Origin: Planctomycetales bacterium
GTDB lineage: Bacteria > Omnitrophota > Gorgyraeia > Gygaellales > Profunditerraquicolaceae
Direction: 5' to 3'
Length of the DNA stretch: 64,000 nucleotides
NCBI GenBank assembly: GCA_005239725.1
Contig: SBBM01000045.1
Coordinates: forward strand, 33,724-97,723
Part shown: positions 59,552 through 64,000 of the stretch, piece by piece
Numbering within the stretch: the first letter of the stretch is position 1
Layout: each line of letters begins with the position of its first letter
Made by a program: the position numbers and the translations under genes
Notes under the pieces: generated by a model
What the model saw: only the letters and a program-made list of their open reading frames with translations
Told to the model about the DNA's origin: nothing
The model's database searches: none

Positions 59552-61269
59552 TGCCCAGAGAAAAGTACCTGAAATTAGGCGAGCTTTTGATCAGGGAAGG
59601 CCTCATCAAGGAAGCGCAATTAGAAAAGGCAATTAATCTCCAGAAGCAGGAAGGCGGCCGATTAGGAGAGATTCTGGTTGCCCTGGGGATGGTCAAAGAA
59701 GAGCAGATGGTTGCGGTACTGGGAAGGCAGCTGGGCATACCGTATTTTTCCCTGGGTACCGGCATGCTCAAACCCGCCCTTGACCAGGAATTGGATAAAG
59801 TAATCACCAATGACTTTGCCTTGAAAAATTTTGTCTTGCCGTTATCGCGCACTTTAAAATCGCTGACGGTAGCCATGTCCGACCCCCTGGATTTAATACT
59901 GATTGATAATTTAAAAAAATTGACCGGATGCGATATTAACCCGGTGATTGCAACGAAAGCGGACATCATTAAAGCGATTGAGGAATTTTACGGCAAATCT
60001 ACTATTTTCAAGGAGGCGATACAGGCTTCTTATGAGCGCGGCCCGGCAGTGGTTGCCGAAGAAATCGAGGCCGATGAGGAGTTAAGTCTGGATAAGCTTA
60101 TCGCCAGGGCGGAAGAGGCCCCGGTGGTAAAATTAGTGGATTTGATTATACGTCAGGCCATAAATGAGCGCGCCTCCGATATCCATGTGGAGCCGTTTAG
60201 GGAGAAGATATCCCTGCGTTACCGTATTGACGGCAAGTTATACGAAATACCTCCTCCGGCAAAGCACCTGCATCTGCCGATAATTTCACGCATAAAGATA
60301 TTGGCCAAGCTGGATATTGCGGAAAAACGCCTTCCCCAGGACGGCGGTTTCCTGGTAAAGATAGAAGATAGGCCGATAGACTTGAGAGTTTCCACTATCC
60401 CAACTATTTACGGCGAAAAGATTGTTTTGAGGATACTTGACAGGAGCCAGGTTATTCTGGACCTCGGCCGCCTGGGATTTGATTCCCGGCAGCTTGAGCA
60501 GTTTCGCTCAATAATAAATTCTCCTTACGGGCTGATATTTATTACCGGTCCTACCGGCAGCGGCAAGACGACCACGCTTTACAGTATTTTAAGCGAGATT
60601 AATAACCCCAGCAAGAATATCCTGACTATTGAGGACCCCATTGAATATAAATTGGAAGGGATTAACCAGGTCCAGATAAAACCGGAAATCGGGCTTACCT
60701 TTGCTTCTGCCCTGCGCAGTTTTTTAAGGCAGGACCCGGATGTCATGCTGGTCGGCGAGGTAAGGGACTTAGAGACAGCGGAAATCTGTATCCGCTCGGC
60801 CCTTACCGGACATCTGGTTTTGAGCACCCTGCATACTAATGACGCGGCTTCCGCGATAAACCGCCTTGTAGATATCGGTGTTGAACCATATTTACTTACG
60901 CCTTCCCTGATTGCCATAGCGAGCCAGAGGCTGATACGCAGGCTCTGCCCGGAATGCAAGGAGGCTTACGAGCCTACCCCGGAACAATTAGGGGGGGTGA
61001 AAATAAAGACAGATTTGATTTACCGGCCTAAGGGCTGCGCAAAATGCAACCAGATAGGGTATTCGGGGCGCTCCTGTATCGCGGAAATTGTGCTGATAAA
61101 TGACCAGATACGCGACCTCATCAGCCAGCGGGCGGCATCTTATAAGATTAAACAGGCGGCAAAGGCAGCCGGTATGCAGACACTGTATGAATCCGCATTG
61201 AAAAATGTCGAGAGTGGAGTCACATCTCTGGAAGAGGCATTATCTGTTACTCTGGAGTGGGGTGGATAA
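59551..61269 (+). CDS. pilB: PilB/GspE assembly ATPase with MshEN-like N-terminus
   Basis: KLGELL/RLGEIL, GPTGSGKTT, LRQDPD, TGHLVLSTLH and tetracysteine motifs. Confidence 0.88.
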   Translation: MPREKYLKLGELLIREGLIKEAQLEKAINLQKQEGGRLGEILVALGMVKEEQMVAVLGRQLGIPYFSLGTGMLKPALDQELDKVITNDFALKNFVLPLSRTLKSLTVAMSDPLDLILIDNLKKLTGCDINPVIATKADIIKAIEEFYGKSTIFKEAIQASYERGPAVVAEEIEADEELSLDKLIARAEEAPVVKLVDLIIRQAINERASDIHVEPFREKISLRYRIDGKLYEIPPPAKHLHLPIISRIKILAKLDIAEKRLPQDGGFLVKIEDRPIDLRVSTIPTIYGEKIVLRILDRSQVILDLGRLGFDSRQLEQFRSIINSPYGLIFITGPTGSGKTTTLYSILSEINNPSKNILTIEDPIEYKLEGINQVQIKPEIGLTFASALRSFLRQDPDVMLVGEVRDLETAEICIRSALTGHLVLSTLHTNDAASAINRLVDIGVEPYLLTPSLIAIASQRLIRRLCPECKEAYEPTPEQLGGVKIKTDLIYRPKGCAKCNQIGYSGRSCIAEIVLINDQIRDLISQRAASYKIKQAAKAAGMQTLYESALKNVESGVTSLEEALSVTLEWGG

Positions 61270-62502
61270 ATGGCGAAACTCTTTTATGTTGCAAGGGATA
61301 AGGCAGGGAATAAGGTTAGCGGCACTGAAGAGAATATAAACCAGGAAGAGCTTGTCAGCCGGCTGCAGGCAAAAGACCTGGTTGTTATAAAGATAATCCC
61401 CGAGGGTTCCCTGGAATTTAGGGCCGGAGAAAAACCCCTTGTCCGTTACGTTCGCCGGCGCCATTACAAGGTTAGCGGCAACGATTTAGTGCTTTTTTGC
61501 CGGCAGCTGGCAACGCTTCTTTCTGCGGGAGTGGCTATCCTTAAAAGTCTGGATATAATTTCCGAACAGGTCGCCAGCACTAAACTACAGGCTATTCTAA
61601 AGAAATTAATAAAAGATATGGAGCAGGGTCTGACTTTTCACGAGTCAATGGCTAAATACCCGGCGGTATTTTCGGACCTCTGGATAAACCTTGTGGAAAG
61701 CGGAGAGGCGTCCGGGAACCTGGCGGTTGTCCTGGAGCGCCTGTCGTATTATCTGGAGCGCGAAGCCGAGTTTAAGAAAAAAATCATTTCCAGCCTTATA
61801 TATCCGGCCATACTTTTATGCGCGGGCCTGGGCGCGCTTTTATTCTTAACCGTCAAGATTATCCCTACATTTGCCGATATCTTTAAAGGTTTTAATATAA
61901 CCCTGCCTTTAATTACCAGGGTCCTTATAGCTCTCAGCGAGGGGCTCAGGAAATTTTTATTGCCAGGGATAGGCGGGATGGTTTGCGCCTTTTATATGGT
62001 GCGCAGGTATATCCGGACGAAAGACGGCCGGAAAAAATACGAGAGCATCAAATTTAACCTGCCTACGTTCGGCGATTTTTTTAAGGCCTTGACAGTGGAG
62101 AGGTTCTCCTCAGGGATGTCTACGTTGCTTGAGAGCGGGGTGCCTATACTTTATTCCCTGGAAATTACGGAGCATAGCGTGGGCAATTTAATCATGATGG
62201 ATATCATCCGGGAAATTAAAGACAATGTAAGGAACGGCCGGCCTTTAAGCCAAACCCTTGAAAAGAGCAAGTTTTTTGAGCCCATGGTCGTGCAAATGGT
62301 AAGTATAGGCGAGGAAATAGGCGAACTGCCGGATATGTTTAAACGCATAAATAAGTTTTACCAGGATTACCTGGAAACGTTCTTGGCCCGTTTTACTTCC
62401 ATGTTTGAGCCGATTATGCTCATTTTTATGGGCGGGGTCATCGGGATAATGGTTATCGGCATGTTTTTGCCGATTTTCCAGATTACCCAGATTTCCGGCT
62501 AA
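61270..62502 (+). CDS. pilC: PilC/GspF platform protein
   Basis: FCRQLATLLSAG, GEASGNL, GEEIGEL and FEP motifs. Confidence 0.88.
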   Translation: MAKLFYVARDKAGNKVSGTEENINQEELVSRLQAKDLVVIKIIPEGSLEFRAGEKPLVRYVRRRHYKVSGNDLVLFCRQLATLLSAGVAILKSLDIISEQVASTKLQAILKKLIKDMEQGLTFHESMAKYPAVFSDLWINLVESGEASGNLAVVLERLSYYLEREAEFKKKIISSLIYPAILLCAGLGALLFLTVKIIPTFADIFKGFNITLPLITRVLIALSEGLRKFLLPGIGGMVCAFYMVRRYIRTKDGRKKYESIKFNLPTFGDFFKALTVERFSSGMSTLLESGVPILYSLEITEHSVGNLIMMDIIREIKDNVRNGRPLSQTLEKSKFFEPMVVQMVSIGEEIGELPDMFKRINKFYQDYLETFLARFTSMFEPIMLIFMGGVIGIMVIGMFLPIFQITQISG

Positions 62503-62507
62503 AGATA

Positions 62508-62535
62508 TTGACAAATATATTTTTTGTATTAAACT
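62508..62535 (+). promoter_or_regulatory. Internal promoter for the pilin genes
   Basis: TTGACA, 16 bp spacer, TAAACT. AGGAGG SD at 62581. Confidence 0.55.
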
Positions 62536-62592
62536 TTAATTGTGCGCCGCGGAGTGCGCGCATGATTACCTAACACCAAAAGGAGGTCTGAG

Positions 62593-62976
62593 ATGGGAAG
62601 GAGAGGTTTTACCTTGCTTGAAATTATCATAGTTTTAATTATTATCGGTATTATCGCGACGTTAGGTTTGACCCAATATACGCGGGTCGTTGAAAAAGGT
62701 CGTACTGCAGAAGCAAAAACGAATTTAGGCACAGTCCGAACTTTGGCCCTGGCGCAGTATCAGGAATACGGCAATTACACCATCGACCTTGCTAATTACA
62801 ACTTACCGACAACATCAGCGTGTAACAGTAGTTATTACTATTGGTACGCGATTGATACCACTAGTGGCACAGGGACAGCAACGCGCTGTATCGGTACAAA
62901 TGGTAAACAGCCAGGCGGTCCTTCTGCCTACACCATAACTTTAACAGTAGATGGTGTCTTAACTTCTCCGTATTAA
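62593..62976 (+). CDS. Type IV pilin (probable major pilin)
   Basis: MGRRG|FTLLE prepilin motif, own promoter and strong SD, two Cys. Confidence 0.85.
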   Translation: MGRRGFTLLEIIIVLIIIGIIATLGLTQYTRVVEKGRTAEAKTNLGTVRTLALAQYQEYGNYTIDLANYNLPTTSACNSSYYYWYAIDTTSGTGTATRCIGTNGKQPGGPSAYTITLTVDGVLTSPY

Positions 62977-63004
62977 GTTTATTAATTTTAACGGGAGTAA
63001 GCAT

Positions 63005-63421
63005 ATGGCTAAAGCAGGCTTTACTCTGATGGAGTTGCTTATTGTTATCGTCATTGTGGGGATACTTGTTACTCTGGCTATGGTTAATTATTCCGGTGTC
63101 AGGGAACAGACATTTGATAAAGAGGCAAAGGCTAACCTGAAACTCATCCAGGCAGCGCAGAGGATTTATCATATGGAGAACACTTTTTTTTATCCATGCG
63201 CTGGCTGCGCCACTCCCGCTGATACCGCAGGCATAAATAGTAATTTAAGGCTTTCGTTACCTACCGCCAACCCGAACTGGACTTACTCTGCCTGGGGCGG
63301 GGCCACTACCGGCTGCGCCCGGGCCACGGCATCCGGCACTATTAACACGCCTGTCCGAAGTTGGTTTATGAGGACAAATGATGCAGACGGAGAGCCGGAC
63401 TCCGGCGCGGGTTGCCCATAA
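63005..63421 (+). CDS. Type IV pilin-like protein
   Basis: MAKAG|FTLME prepilin motif. Confidence 0.85.
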   Translation: MAKAGFTLMELLIVIVIVGILVTLAMVNYSGVREQTFDKEAKANLKLIQAAQRIYHMENTFFYPCAGCATPADTAGINSNLRLSLPTANPNWTYSAWGGATTGCARATASGTINTPVRSWFMRTNDADGEPDSGAGCP

Positions 63422-63423
63422 TT

Positions 63424-63828
63424 ATGAACAAAAAGGCGCTTAGCCTGTTGGAAATTATTGTTTCCGCCGTTATTATGACCGTGGTAATCGCCGGCTTTGC
63501 CGCGATTTTTTTAAGCGGTAAAAGAAGCATACTCCATAGCCGTTCACGAGTGGTATCCGCAGAGATAGGCAAGTTGTTTTTAGATTATTTGCAGACCCAC
63601 GTAAGGCAGAACGATTGGGACGTAACAAGCCCGACGGTAACCAATGGGCTTGTTGTTGGTACCCGTTATTGCGATGGCAGCGCTAACCCCCAGCAGCCCG
63701 GCTGCCCAAATGTCTATGACCGCACCCTTGATAACATCACCTATAACGCGCAATATACCATCAGTTCGCCATATACAAATATCCGCAAAGTTAAAGCAGT
63801 TGTGAGCTGGAATGAGCCTACCCCGTAG
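63424..63828 (+). CDS. Minor pilin (PilV-like)
   Basis: MNKKA|LSLLE prepilin motif and C-terminal KVKAVVSW. Confidence 0.75.
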   Translation: MNKKALSLLEIIVSAVIMTVVIAGFAAIFLSGKRSILHSRSRVVSAEIGKLFLDYLQTHVRQNDWDVTSPTVTNGLVVGTRYCDGSANPQQPGCPNVYDRTLDNITYNAQYTISSPYTNIRKVKAVVSWNEPTP

Positions 63829-64000
63829 CAAAGCCATAACACTCATTGAACTTTTGATTGCAATAGTTTTGCTGGGGGTTATGACTTTGGCTTTTTCGAG
63901 CATTGATTTATTCAGCCGTCACCATTTGCGTACTTCCGAAATGAGGGTAAAAATACACAATGAGTTATCTTATGTCCTTGAAACTATTGCAAAGGACGTT
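63812..64000 (+). CDS. Minor pilin (PilW-like), 3' truncated by window edge; absent from the ORF track
   Basis: MSLPRSKA|ITLIELLIAIVLLG. Frame is open to the window end. Confidence 0.75.
   Translation, partial: MSLPRSKAITLIELLIAIVLLGVMTLAFSSIDLFSRHHLRTSEMRVKIHNELSYVLETIAKDV

Noticed and set aside
27050-59969. Long minus-strand ORFs (e.g. 27050-27736, 55355-56086, 58417-59169)
   Set aside because: Antisense shadows of well-conserved genes with no recognisable motifs.

Overview
Gene-dense bacterial chromosomal segment from a diderm organism. Gene content and order resemble Candidatus Omnitrophota/PVC-like genomes, which is an unverified inference. Every credible gene lies on the + strand. In order: (1) a surface-glycan/LPS locus (three GT-C-like membrane proteins, an embedded AbiE toxin-antitoxin pair, a carbamoyltransferase-SxtJ-DUF5989 triad, GT2/GT9/O-antigen ligase, DegT, epimerase, gmhB, GT28); (2) priA-fmt, two tandem galT paralogs, gap-[MFS/spermidine-synthase fusion]-pgk-tpiA-secG, a BT1-like MFS and rplM-rpsI; (3) argCJBDFGH-lysA-dapFAB-dapL-folK-panC-nadX; (4) a small basic duplicated-domain protein, uvrA and a TPR-ExbB-ExbD-TonB-like module; (5) an HTH-led type IV pilus/T2SS-like cluster running off the end. 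The main non-routine signals are these. Several families of short palindromic and heptameric elements occupy gene junctions and some coding sequences. One family (TAG-GGGAC-N-GTCCC) shows stuttered end duplications and brackets gmhB as a 47-bp inverted repeat. One GalT paralog appears catalytically dead and sits beside an intact one. PriA lacks its helicase motifs. I found no rRNA, tRNA, CRISPR array, integrase or transposase.
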